Of a stretch of DNA of 42,647 nt, positions 1 to 8,880 are shown one piece after another. The notes under the pieces are model-generated. The model had not been told where the DNA came from and searched no databases. It worked only from the letters and a program-made list of their open reading frames with translations. This stretch comes from a virus: the IMG/VR virus record IMGVR_UViG_3300029928_000020, positions 1 through 42,647 of that record; one strand, written 5' to 3'. Each line of letters starts with the position of its first letter. Positions within the stretch are counted from its first letter, which is position 1. Both the position numbers and the translations under genes were made by a program.

Positions 1-99
1 TTTGATACTGTTTTCTACCTTGCGGTTGCTGGCCGCGTTGGTGATGATAACCCCTACAAGGGCCATTCCCCCCGTGATGAGTGCTGCCATGATCGTTTC
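1..99. repeat. Terminal overlap copy 1 (identical to 42549..42647)
   Basis: tttgatactgttttctacc...gctgccatgatcgtttc is repeated exactly at the other window end; the junction falls inside a gene. Confidence 0.95.
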
Positions 100-105
100 C
101 ATCAT
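1..105 (-). CDS. 5' end of small membrane-anchored coiled-coil protein gene (same gene as 42393..42647, wraps the circle)
   Basis: Minus strand reads ATG ATG GAA ACG ATC ATG GCA from 105; AAAGGA RBS at 113-118; full product MMETIMAALITGG... is 86 aa. Confidence 0.6.
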   Translation of the reverse strand, partial: MMETIMAALITGGMALVGVIITNAASNRKVENSIK

Positions 106-125
106 TCCGGGTTCCTTTCTTTTGA

Positions 126-2093
126 TTATTGTGGTGCTCTATATCCAACCGCCAGCCAGCCGATAGACGTTGCCGTGGTGCCCGTGCGGGTCACGTAGCA
201 GTCAAAGCCGGTGGCGGTAATGTTGGCCGCCGCGCTGCCGGTCACGACGGTTCCGGGAACGGCGGTTTGCGGCGTGGTGATAACAACGGGCGTGTCGGTG
301 TAGGCCACGGCAAAGGCCACGTCCTTTTTGGTGGGCGTGTTGGCCACGGGCGTGATGCTCTCCCGGCCCCACTGGATCAGCAGGCCGTTAGAAAACAGCA
401 CCCGCCCCGCGTGGTTGGCGTGGGTCACGTCCCCGGAGGTGATAAATTCATCCCCGCCGTTGCCGTGGGTCAGCGTCACGTTTTTATCAATAATCATGTT
501 TTTCGTGCCCGTCAGATAGCGCCAGATGCCGATGCTCCGGGCGCTGTCCCAGCAGCCGATGGACGTAACGCTGTTCCCGTTGCCCCCGTACAGTTTGCAG
601 TTATGGACGTTTGTCGCGTCTTCCGTGGATTGGAAATACATATTCTTTTCATCGTCTGTGCGTTTTGAACCGCCCATGAAGATGTCCTTGTAAATGCTCA
701 TATCCAATCCAATTTCCAATCCGTCAGCGAGTTCAGACACCTTCCCGAACGCAGCGCCCCGGCCCGATGCGTTGAAATCAAGCAGGGTGAACGCGGTCGG
801 TATCTCAACCGTTTTTCTGGTCGTGGTGAAGTAATCTGTCACTGACAGGCGCACGTCATAAGCCGAATCAACGTCCATCACAGGCCCGGTCAAAATGCTG
901 GTCGAAAGCGTGTATCCCGTGCCCGCCTGAATCTGAATCCATTCCGTCGAATCCCTGCCCTTGTATTCAAGCGTGTATCGGCTTTCATTCTTTCCGCCGA
1001 TCGTGGCCACGGAATAGGAAAAGCCTATTTTCCCGTACTGGCCGTCATAGTTTGCCGTGCCGTCCGCCAGCGCACGGACAGGGGAAAGGCCCCTGATCGT
1101 TGGCGCAGAATAGGCGATCACTGTAATCGTCCTTGTTGCGGTTGCCTTTCTGCCCCTGCTGTCCGTAACGGTGATCGTCACCGCTTTTGTACCGCTGGAA
1201 AGCGTCCCCGTTGTAGGCGCTGTGCCTGAATAGCTTTTCCCGTCAACGGTCGTTTTGTATGCCTTGATGGTGGAGCCGAAGGCCCCAACCGCCACAATGC
1301 CAATTTTGACCCTTGATTTGCCCTGCACAAATGCTCCAAACCGTGCCGCAAGGCCGGAAACTGTTTCCGTTATGGAAACGTTGGAAATGGTGGGAACGAC
1401 CGCATCCGGCACTTTGGCCTTGAAGGAAACCGACTTTGTGCCGATCAGTGTGCTTCCGTTATAGGTCTTGCAGGTGATCGTGCAGGTTCCAGACGTGCCG
1501 GACGGAATTTGACTTGCAAGGGAAATCGGCACTTCCCATGTTTTGCTTGTCCCAAGGCCGCTGCCGATTGTCCCGGACGCTTTTCCGAAGGAATACGTAA
1601 GCGTATGGTCAAAGCTGCCGGAAGCCCTTGGCATGTTGATGGTGACGGATGCGCCCATGTTCACGCTGCTTGCCGACAGCGTGGGAACGGTGGCCCTTGG
1701 GATGGTGTTAAACGTGCCGCTTCCGCTGGCCGTGACGTTGCCGTAGTACGTCCCGCCCAGCGTCACGTTGATACCGCAGGTGGCCGCGAAAGCGCAAGTC
1801 TTTGACCCGTTGGATGCATGGGCCACGGTCACGGTTTTGGTAAACAGGGTCTTGGTCTGGTTGCCGTTCAGGGCCGCCGAAAAAGAAAATGTGTATTTTG
1901 TCCCGTTGATGGTCAGGCTGCCCGACTTGCTGGCGCTGCTGTTAATGGTGTAGCTGCTCCCCGTGGATACCAGCTGCACCTTGGCCGTTACGCTGCTGGT
2001 ATTGTTTGCCACGGACTGGCTGCCCACTGTCCACGCGATCTGCAGCCGGTAGCCCGTCCGAATGGCCGCCTGTATGGTTCCTGATGCCGCCAT
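126..2093 (-). CDS. Tail fibre / receptor-binding protein, DUF859-like N-terminus (655 aa)
   Basis: Last large gene of the tail operon; Ser/Thr/Gly-rich beta-type sequence; N-term SGTIQAAIRTGYRLQIAWTVGSQSVANNTSSVTAKV resembles siphovirus DUF859; AAGGGGGA RBS. Confidence 0.75.
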   Translation of the reverse strand: MAASGTIQAAIRTGYRLQIAWTVGSQSVANNTSSVTAKVQLVSTGSSYTINSSASKSGSLTINGTKYTFSFSAALNGNQTKTLFTKTVTVAHASNGSKTCAFAATCGINVTLGGTYYGNVTASGSGTFNTIPRATVPTLSASSVNMGASVTINMPRASGSFDHTLTYSFGKASGTIGSGLGTSKTWEVPISLASQIPSGTSGTCTITCKTYNGSTLIGTKSVSFKAKVPDAVVPTISNVSITETVSGLAARFGAFVQGKSRVKIGIVAVGAFGSTIKAYKTTVDGKSYSGTAPTTGTLSSGTKAVTITVTDSRGRKATATRTITVIAYSAPTIRGLSPVRALADGTANYDGQYGKIGFSYSVATIGGKNESRYTLEYKGRDSTEWIQIQAGTGYTLSTSILTGPVMDVDSAYDVRLSVTDYFTTTRKTVEIPTAFTLLDFNASGRGAAFGKVSELADGLEIGLDMSIYKDIFMGGSKRTDDEKNMYFQSTEDATNVHNCKLYGGNGNSVTSIGCWDSARSIGIWRYLTGTKNMIIDKNVTLTHGNGGDEFITSGDVTHANHAGRVLFSNGLLIQWGRESITPVANTPTKKDVAFAVAYTDTPVVITTPQTAVPGTVVTGSAAANITATGFDCYVTRTGTTATSIGWLAVGYRAPQ

Positions 2094-2133
2094 GTTCTTT
2101 CCCCCTTTCAGGGGTCAGAAGCCTGTCATTCCG

Positions 2134-3738
2134 TCAGATTTTCTTAAAGCTCAAGTTTCCGTTGTCACGGGGCATGAACGCGAAATTCCCCAGCTGCAAA
2201 CTGTGTAATATCTGGGTGTCCGTCACGTACAGCTTGCGATTGCTGAAATAGGCCACTTCGGCCCCGTCCTGCTGAAAGGATATGCGGTCGTTGGCGATCT
2301 GCAATTCCAGCTCGTTCCCGATCTCCCCCAGCAGGATTTTCCCGTCCACAAAGCGGATGTATTTGCGGATTTCCTCAAATTCCGCATCCGCCCCGGCGGC
2401 CACCGCGTCGATGTCGGCCCGGAAGGTGGTGAACTCGATCTCCACGCTGTTTTTGGTCTGCTCGATCTCCGTACTGACGGAAGAGATCAGCGCGTCGGTG
2501 TCGTCTTTCAGGTAGTAGTTTTCCGCCACCGCGCTTTTGATATTGTCCGCCTCCACCTGCAAGGATGCCAGCAAGTTTTGTTCCACGTTGTAGACGGCCG
2601 CGGAGGCCATTTTTTCGACGCTTTCCACGGCGCGGACAATTTCCCTTTGCGCTTGACCAACGCCCAGCAAAGCCCCTCCCAGCCCCAAAAACGCCCCGTT
2701 CAGGGACAGTTTGTTGGCGGCAGGGTCGAGCAGGTTCACGGCAATCTTGCTGACCCGGAAAAGCTGCTCGATTCCGTGGGGCGCACTGGTCACCCGAACT
2801 TGTGTGCCCAGATGGAAGGACGAAAAATCCGCGTCCACCGTGGCCAGATCGGCGGCGGAAAGCTCCACCGTTTCCGGCTGCTTGACAAGCGCGTCCAGTT
2901 GTGCCTTGCCCTTGGCGAAAAGGTTCGTGGCCTCGGTCACGTCGTCAAAAATGATCGTTTTGACAATCGTCCCGAACTGTGCTACCGCGTCCGCGTCCGT
3001 GATGGTGTCGCTGCCATCGTTGACGCTTTTCACCGTCAGGCGGGTGTCTGTGTCCTTCCCTTCCGCGTCCTTGAGCTTTGCCCCAAGGGGAATGACCGCC
3101 GTTGCAATGTCCGCCCCGTTCCGCACCCGTTTCAAGTCCAGCAGGTTTTTCCCGAAGGTGATTACCTGCGGGGAAAGGACGGTGCTGTCCTGCAAGTAGT
3201 CAATATAGTTGAGATTCCCCGCGTGCCGGACGGACACATACCCGCCCATGAGCTTGATGAGCTTGTCTTGCAGCTCCGTCCACGTGTCGGTGTAGTCGAT
3301 GTTCGACCGCACAATGTAGTCGTTGTTGTCCGTCACCGTGATATTGCCCACGGTAAACCACTTGCTTTCCTCCACCTGCTCATTGTGCCGGTCGATCAGC
3401 AGGTTCAGATACCCGGCCACCGTGCCGGTGTAGTCGTAGGGCCGCTGGATGCTGTCCAGCAGAAAGGCAAGCTCCCCTTCGCAGGAGATTTTCTTTTCGT
3501 TGTGCCAGCCCGTTTCCTCATCCAGCACTCGGCCCCGGAACAGCAGATAATCGTCCTGATATACGGTGACGATGCTTTTCAGTTTGTGAATCAGCCCATA
3601 ATAGGGATGGTCGGCGGGCAGGGTAAAGGCGAAAGACCCGGTCTTGTTTTCTTCCAGCTCCACCGTAGGGGAAAGAATTTGCAGGCTTTCCAGCCGGTCG
3701 TTGTACAGGGGCAGGCCGTCGCAGTATACCCGATACAT
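2134..3738 (-). CDS. Tail-associated hub protein (Tal-like, 'prophage tail endopeptidase' N-terminal fold), module B
   Basis: MYRVYCDGLPLYNDRLESLQILSPTVELEENKTGSFAFTL... typical Tal N-terminus; start overlaps upstream stop (TGATG); C-terminal coiled coil. Confidence 0.8.
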   Translation of the reverse strand: MYRVYCDGLPLYNDRLESLQILSPTVELEENKTGSFAFTLPADHPYYGLIHKLKSIVTVYQDDYLLFRGRVLDEETGWHNEKKISCEGELAFLLDSIQRPYDYTGTVAGYLNLLIDRHNEQVEESKWFTVGNITVTDNNDYIVRSNIDYTDTWTELQDKLIKLMGGYVSVRHAGNLNYIDYLQDSTVLSPQVITFGKNLLDLKRVRNGADIATAVIPLGAKLKDAEGKDTDTRLTVKSVNDGSDTITDADAVAQFGTIVKTIIFDDVTEATNLFAKGKAQLDALVKQPETVELSAADLATVDADFSSFHLGTQVRVTSAPHGIEQLFRVSKIAVNLLDPAANKLSLNGAFLGLGGALLGVGQAQREIVRAVESVEKMASAAVYNVEQNLLASLQVEADNIKSAVAENYYLKDDTDALISSVSTEIEQTKNSVEIEFTTFRADIDAVAAGADAEFEEIRKYIRFVDGKILLGEIGNELELQIANDRISFQQDGAEVAYFSNRKLYVTDTQILHSLQLGNFAFMPRDNGNLSFKKI

Positions 3739-4382
3739 CAGAGCGTCGCCTCCTGCCATGTGAAGGTGATGCTTCCCGTCCCGGTCACGGTGACGGTGTT
3801 TGTCCCTTCCGCAAGTTCCAGCTCCGGCAGGGTGTAGCTGCCGCTGCCCAAATCCCACACGTTGTAGCCGTACACAAGGTTCAGGCTGGTTTCCGCCGTG
3901 ATGGTGATCTCCGGCACGGCACGTTTTCTACTGTTTGTCAAGCTGATGGTTTCCGTGCCGTCAACCGCCCTTGTCACAACGGTTTTCGCGGCCTTGTACT
4001 TGTACGGTTCGCATTCGCAGTCTATTTCGATTTTCCCCACGCCTTTTTCGTCCTTGAAGGAGGACACGAAGCAACGCCCCACATAGTAAAAGCCGGGGTC
4101 GCCGTCAAGGGCGATCCGCAGCTTTTTTCCATGCAGGGCGTTTTTGACCATGGAATAATGGGAAAGAAAATCACTCCGGGGAACGATGGTGGAGAACGTG
4201 AACTTGTGGGTCACGTCTCCATACTTCGGCCCGCCGAAGAAGTCCGTCAGATCGATGGAGCCGTCCGCCCCGTCGATCTCGACCACCTTCTTTTTGACGG
4301 ATGGTGCGCCGATCTCTTTTTCGCTCAAAATCAGGTTTAGATCGTCATAAGAGTGCAGTTCCCCGAAAGTGATTCCTATCAT
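3738..4382 (-). CDS. Distal tail protein (Dit, Sipho_tail family), module B
   Basis: MIGITFGELHSYDDLNLILSEKEIGAPSVKKKVVEIDGADGSIDLTDFFGGPKYGD is a typical Dit N-terminus; sits directly upstream of Tal. Confidence 0.8.
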   Translation of the reverse strand: MIGITFGELHSYDDLNLILSEKEIGAPSVKKKVVEIDGADGSIDLTDFFGGPKYGDVTHKFTFSTIVPRSDFLSHYSMVKNALHGKKLRIALDGDPGFYYVGRCFVSSFKDEKGVGKIEIDCECEPYKYKAAKTVVTRAVDGTETISLTNSRKRAVPEITITAETSLNLVYGYNVWDLGSGSYTLPELELAEGTNTVTVTGTGSITFTWQEATL

Positions 4383-4386
4383 GCCA

Positions 4387-4800
4387 TTATGCCACTTCCT
4401 TCCACAGGCTTTCCGTTCCGACTGCGCCCGGCTCCCAGACGTTATTGTCCACAAGGCTTTCCCACGTCTTGCCGTTGTGCGTCACCTTGTCGCCCTTGGC
4501 GTATGGGTTGGTGCTGTCCGGCTGTACCCATGGCAGGATAGCGCCGCTGGGGTCGGTCAGCACCTTGGCCCATAGGCTGGGCGCGTCAGTAGGTGTCCAT
4601 GCCGCCTGTGCTGTGTGGGCCGTCAGGCAGCGGTACAGATTGCCAGCGTACCGCACGCGGTCGCCCACGGCGTAGGCGGCTTCCTCATCCCAATCCGGGA
4701 ACAGTCCCGGCACGGTCAGCGCCTGTTCGTCCGTCAGCATGGCCCCGGCCTTGTCCATCGTCGCCCGGACGATCTTCGCCGCTTCATAAAACTTTCCCAT
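4387..4800 (-). CDS. Tandem CBM5/12-type carbohydrate-binding protein
   Basis: Two copies of the aromatic motif: YAVGDRVRYAGNLYRCLTAHTAQAAWTPTDAPSLWAKV and YAKGDKVTHNGKTWESLVDNNVWEPGAVGTESLWKEV. Confidence 0.7.
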   Translation of the reverse strand: MGKFYEAAKIVRATMDKAGAMLTDEQALTVPGLFPDWDEEAAYAVGDRVRYAGNLYRCLTAHTAQAAWTPTDAPSLWAKVLTDPSGAILPWVQPDSTNPYAKGDKVTHNGKTWESLVDNNVWEPGAVGTESLWKEVA

Positions 4801-5064
4801 TTATTCCGCCTCCTGTTCCGTGTCAACACCCAGCAGCTCAAGCGCCGCCGCCATGTCCTCCGCGTCCTTCTGGGCCTGTTCCAAAGCCGTCAGGACGCGC
4901 TCCCCGGCCCGGTAGAAGTGTTCGCCGTCGTAGGTGTCGCCGATGGCCACGGGGATTTCACCGCAGGGAACCGCCCCCTCAAATTCCGCCGCGTTGGGTG
5001 GGTACAGCACAATCACATTTACCACAACGCCGTCTTCCACCAGCGCATAAAGTAATTCGTTCAT
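4801..5064 (-). CDS. Small conserved tail-module protein (87 aa), unknown function
   Basis: Clean ORF abutting neighbours; acidic C-terminus; position typical of fibre accessory/assembly proteins. Confidence 0.6.
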   Translation of the reverse strand: MNELLYALVEDGVVVNVIVLYPPNAAEFEGAVPCGEIPVAIGDTYDGEHFYRAGERVLTALEQAQKDAEDMAAALELLGVDTEQEAE

Positions 5065-5076
5065 GCTTCTTCCTCC

Positions 5077-6066
5077 TTACCGATGATTCCGCACCACAAC
5101 GATGCCTGAGCCGCCGTTGTGGCTGTTTTCGTTAGAGCCGCCCGCACCGCCGCCGGTGTTGGCCGTGCCGTTCTGCTGGGCGTTACCGCCACCTCCAGCG
5201 CCGCCTGCATCATTGGCATTGTTCACGATGGCGCAGGCACCGCCGCCGGAATACAGGGTGCCGGTGGATTCGCCAAATTCGCGGGTCGTTGTTCCCTGCC
5301 CAGTTCCCGGCGTTGCGCCGGAACCACCTCCATTGCCGCCGTCGCTTCCGCCGGAACCGGCAAAGTAGGTCGCGCCGCCGCTGCCACCGTTTCCGCCGTT
5401 TGAATTGTTGCTTCGTCCCTGACCGCCGCTGACCGACTGACCAAAGCCAGAACTGCTGCCGCCGTCTGCGCCGGCCTGCCCGCCAGCACCCACAACGATT
5501 TGATAGTTCGTGCCCTCCACAACGGTAATGCTCTTTTTGGTTTTGGTATATCCGCCGCCCCCGCCGCCGGACGCGCCGCGAGTGCCTTCCTCATAGGTTC
5601 CGCCGCCACCGCCCACAAGGAACAGGTCGATCACGCCATTCCACTTGCCCAAATTGGTAAACTTCAGCGTGCCGCTGCTCTTGATTTTGATGCGCCAGTT
5701 GCCGCTTCCGTCGTCGATCTTCTCATGACTGCCGCTGTAGGTGTAGGCCATGTTGGGGTTCTTCACCGTCAGCGTGGCCACCCGGCTGGTCACCTCCCCG
5801 GCTTTGTTCGTAACCACGCAGTAGATGCTGTGGCTGCCGACGCTCGCGCTGCTCCAACTGACGGTGGCGTTCGTGGCTCCCGTCCACTTCGCCCCGTCCC
5901 GGTACCACTGGTACGTGTATTCCGCCGGCACGCCCGCCGTGGCAATTTCCACCCGGAAGGTGGCCTGTTCTCCCTGCCAGTTGGTCACATTGGCCGGGTA
6001 GCTGGCGTTCAATACAGGCAGCTTCTTGGCCTCGCCCGCGCGGCGCACGATATAACAGTCGCCCAT
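5077..6066 (-). CDS. Tail fibre protein with Ig-like N-terminal domain and glycine-rich C-terminal domain
   Basis: YTYQWYRDG...SHSIYCVVTNKAGEVTSRVATLTV (Ig-like) followed by GGGGGTY, GGGGGGY, GGNGGSGG, GGAGGGGN runs. Confidence 0.7.
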   Translation of the reverse strand: MGDCYIVRRAGEAKKLPVLNASYPANVTNWQGEQATFRVEIATAGVPAEYTYQWYRDGAKWTGATNATVSWSSASVGSHSIYCVVTNKAGEVTSRVATLTVKNPNMAYTYSGSHEKIDDGSGNWRIKIKSSGTLKFTNLGKWNGVIDLFLVGGGGGTYEEGTRGASGGGGGGYTKTKKSITVVEGTNYQIVVGAGGQAGADGGSSSGFGQSVSGGQGRSNNSNGGNGGSGGATYFAGSGGSDGGNGGGSGATPGTGQGTTTREFGESTGTLYSGGGACAIVNNANDAGGAGGGGNAQQNGTANTGGGAGGSNENSHNGGSGIVVVRNHR

Positions 6067-6986
6067 TATCTCACCACCTTAATTTTGATCGGGATGTCGA
6101 TCTCCGGCTTAGAGCCGAAAACCACTGTGACCTTGTTTGCCCCAGCCGTGGCCTTGAACAGGCTCACCCACACGTCGGACAGCGCCTGCATATCCGCAAG
6201 GGTGCTGACGGCGGCCATGTTGATGTCCACAAACGGCGTATCGCTGCCCAAAAGCCCGGTGGCGGTCACGTCCTGCGTATAGGGGGAGCTGCTCGACCAG
6301 CCGGAGGCCGACAACGTGCCGGTAAATTCCAGCAGGTTCACCTTTTCGACGGTGTCATACACCGTCTGGATGTTGGCTTCCAGCTCCGCGATCAGGGCCG
6401 CTGTCTGGCTCTGGACGCTGGTCAGGGTGGCACTCACTTGCGTCTGTGCGTCGCTCAAAGCGCTACTGAACTGGCTCTGTATCACGCTGGTGTCGATGCC
6501 CGTCACGCCGTCCCGCATCAGGCCGCAGACGCTCTCGTTCAGCCGCTCGTCGGTGATGTTGCCCGCGTTGATGGCCGTCGCGCCAGCCGCCACGGTGATC
6601 TGCGCCAAGCTGATTTCATAGGCCACGCTGTCCCGCTGCAGGGCGGGAGCCGCCGGAGAAGCCGCCGCCGTACCCTTTTTGATGTAGGCGTAGCATTTGT
6701 TGTTCAAGATTTCCAGCCGGATGCACACCCGGTCGATGCGCTTGTACTGCGCATCCGCCAGCGTCACCGTCAGGGCCTTGCCCGCCGTGTTGGCGTACAC
6801 GCACCCGGCATAGTCGTTATAGTGGAGCCAAGCAACGCCCGCCCCCAGCGTGACGTTCATAGTTCCGCCCGCCGTCACGGCCAGATGGCCGTTGGTGTAC
6901 ACGCCGCTGGTGCGGGTGGCAAACCATAGCTGCGCGTCCTCCGCTGTATAGGCGGTATTTTCCAAGGGAAAGCTTTTCTCAGCCAT
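6066..6986 (-). CDS. Tail fibre / baseplate-associated structural protein (306 aa)
   Basis: Follows the Gp37-like gene; central coiled coil (SQFSSALSDAQTQVSATLTSVQSQTAALIAELEANIQ); start and stop overlap neighbours. Confidence 0.6.
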   Translation of the reverse strand: MAEKSFPLENTAYTAEDAQLWFATRTSGVYTNGHLAVTAGGTMNVTLGAGVAWLHYNDYAGCVYANTAGKALTVTLADAQYKRIDRVCIRLEILNNKCYAYIKKGTAAASPAAPALQRDSVAYEISLAQITVAAGATAINAGNITDERLNESVCGLMRDGVTGIDTSVIQSQFSSALSDAQTQVSATLTSVQSQTAALIAELEANIQTVYDTVEKVNLLEFTGTLSASGWSSSSPYTQDVTATGLLGSDTPFVDINMAAVSTLADMQALSDVWVSLFKATAGANKVTVVFGSKPEIDIPIKIKVVR

Positions 6987-8025
6987 TTTTCACGATCTCC
7001 CCTTTCACGTAATTCAAGGGCTTGTCGCCGATGATGATTTTCACCGTCTCAAGCCCCTGCCGGTTCTCGTATTGGTATTCCGTTATCCTCGCGTCGAAGC
7101 GCAGCCCGTAGCGCTGGCTTTTACACGTCACCTTGTCCCCAAGGTCGCAGCGGTGGCCGAACTCGGTCGCACTCAGCTCGCATTCAAAACACAGGGCGTT
7201 TTTATGCTCCTGCAGGGCCTTGATGCCGATCTGCTTCTGCCGTTTCTGCCAGTCTGGGTTGGTCTCGTCCTCGCCCTGATCCTCGCCCGTCACCAGCAGC
7301 TCCCGCCGCTGGGCCGCTCCCGCTTCGATGGCCTCCGGGGACACATACTCGTAATACACGGTGCGCGGGTCGTTGTTGGCCGCGCCGGTCACCAGCGCCA
7401 CGTTCTTGTATACGTCGTCGTCCTCGCTGACGGTCAGTTGTTTCAAATTCCCGTATTCTTGGGAGAACACCACGCCGCCCACGCCGTCCTTGTACGTGCG
7501 GTCGGCCCCTTCGTAGACCTCGATCACGTTTGTTTTGTTGGTGCGGTCGAAGTTCGCCCGGATGCCGTATTCCGTCTGGCCCAGCACTTCTTCTGCCGCT
7601 TCCAGCAGGTCTTCACCCTCGATCTCGCATTCATACTCCGCCGTCAGCCCCTTCACGGCGGCGGTGGTGACGTTGAGCCAGCGCAGCTCGGCGTTTATCA
7701 TGCCATACACGGCGCTTTCCACGTTGGTCACGCTGTACGCATGGGCAATGGTTCGCCATGTCAGCAGGTGCAAGGCCGTGTACCCGCCCGCCGTGATGGT
7801 GTTCTGTTCGGTGTCCCGTTTGACGCTGATGATCAGCATGGCGGCGGGGCGGTCGGCCCGGTATAGATACCAGCCGCGCCGAAGCAGCCCGGCGTATTTG
7901 TCGGTGTCGTAGACCTCAAGGGTAAACCCGCCCTTGTCCGTGTACTGTTCCGTCCATGTCAGGTCGATCCAGTTCTCGATCTGGCCCCGGTACACAAAGT
8001 CCGAATCAAACACATGCAGGATCAT
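6979..8025 (-). CDS. Siphovirus ReqiPepy6 Gp37-like tail hub protein, module A
   Basis: MILHVFDSDFVYRGQIENWIDLTWTEQYTDKGGFTLEVYDTD... typical of this family; directly downstream of a Dit gene. Confidence 0.7.
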   Translation of the reverse strand: MILHVFDSDFVYRGQIENWIDLTWTEQYTDKGGFTLEVYDTDKYAGLLRRGWYLYRADRPAAMLIISVKRDTEQNTITAGGYTALHLLTWRTIAHAYSVTNVESAVYGMINAELRWLNVTTAAVKGLTAEYECEIEGEDLLEAAEEVLGQTEYGIRANFDRTNKTNVIEVYEGADRTYKDGVGGVVFSQEYGNLKQLTVSEDDDVYKNVALVTGAANNDPRTVYYEYVSPEAIEAGAAQRRELLVTGEDQGEDETNPDWQKRQKQIGIKALQEHKNALCFECELSATEFGHRCDLGDKVTCKSQRYGLRFDARITEYQYENRQGLETVKIIIGDKPLNYVKGEIVKNG

Positions 8026-8028
8026 CCG

Positions 8029-8880
8029 CTACACCCCCGCATACGCCGGGCGGAAGCTGATGGAGGCCCGCAGCGTGTCGCCGCCCTGATCCGCGTCGGT
8101 CTTGATATGATTCTGGCCGGGCTGCAGCTTAAAGGGCACGGACGCGATATCCAGATACTGGAACCCGTCTGTCTCGGTGCCGTCCGTCGCCGTCAGGGTC
8201 ACGGACAGCTCCTCCCCTTCGTTGCTGATGGTCACCTGCTCCCCGGCGGCCATCGTCCGCATCACCCGCACCATTTCGCCGGTCACGATGTTCTTCACAT
8301 AGGGGTTCTTCGCTTCCAGCAGCGCGAGGAAATTCACCGTCCAATACGTCGGCGCTTCGCCCTCGTTGTTCACGGTCACATAGCCCACCTGCGCCAATTT
8401 GGACATGTAGAAGGGGTTTGGGTCGGAAATATTCCACGGAAACTGGAACTGCGGCTCATAGCCCACCAGCACTTTGTTTTTCCGCACTGCGTCCCGCCAA
8501 TAGGGGAAGGGAGCATACAAGGAAAAGCTGAACTTCGCCCCGTAGGGCTGGCGGTCGATATCCGGCGAGGACTTGACATACACTTCCAGCTCATACGCGT
8601 CATTATAGATCAGGCGGCCCTTCGCCAGCGGGGCCAGTACATGGTTCAGCTGCTCCCGCAGCGCCGCAGACTCCCCGTTGATCGAGCCCTTGAGGGTGAT
8701 CGTCTTCGGGCTGACGTTCTGGTGCTGCAGCACCTCGCCGATCTCCCGGTTGGATTTCGTGGTTTGAAACTCCACGTTCTGCGCCCCGTAGGACGTGACC
8801 TTTTCAATATACGCGCCGGGCGAACCGCTGTTAAACGTCACGCTGCCGATATCGTTTTCATACCGTACCTTGGGAATCAT
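8029..8880 (-). CDS. Distal tail protein (Dit, phage tail family), module A
   Basis: MIPKVRYENDIGSVTFNSGSPGAYIEKVTSYG...; GGAGGTGG RBS; ATGA overlap with the stop of the upstream TMP-like gene. Confidence 0.75.
   Translation of the reverse strand: MIPKVRYENDIGSVTFNSGSPGAYIEKVTSYGAQNVEFQTTKSNREIGEVLQHQNVSPKTITLKGSINGESAALREQLNHVLAPLAKGRLIYNDAYELEVYVKSSPDIDRQPYGAKFSFSLYAPFPYWRDAVRKNKVLVGYEPQFQFPWNISDPNPFYMSKLAQVGYVTVNNEGEAPTYWTVNFLALLEAKNPYVKNIVTGEMVRVMRTMAAGEQVTISNEGEELSVTLTATDGTETDGFQYLDIASVPFKLQPGQNHIKTDADQGGDTLRASISFRPAYAGV

Noticed and set aside
1-99. The 99-bp end repeat as a genuine direct terminal repeat or att site duplication
   Set aside because: The repeat lies inside a coding sequence that is only complete when circularised. 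The terminase type predicts headful packaging, and the length is typical of an assembler k-mer overlap.
2578-3837. 419-aa plus-strand ORF antisense to the Tal-like gene. Similar long plus-strand ORFs occur at 8014-8934, 11342-12559, 15928-17106, 16989-18110, 23197-24399 and 25228-26430.
   Set aside because: All lie exactly antisense to well-supported minus-strand genes, lack RBS motifs and are Arg/Gly/His/Pro/Val-rich. This is the usual stop-codon-poor shadow frame of GC-rich coding DNA.
5102-5618. Several overlapping ORFs on both strands inside the glycine-rich fibre gene (5102-5368, 5119-5403, 5223-5618)
   Set aside because: They are alternative frames of a GGN-repeat region, which are open by composition. 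The Ala/Pro-rich products have no start signals.
126-8025. Diversity-generating retroelement targeting the tail fibres
   Set aside because: There is no reverse transcriptase (no YxDD-type ORF) anywhere in the genome, and no template/variable repeat pair was noticed.
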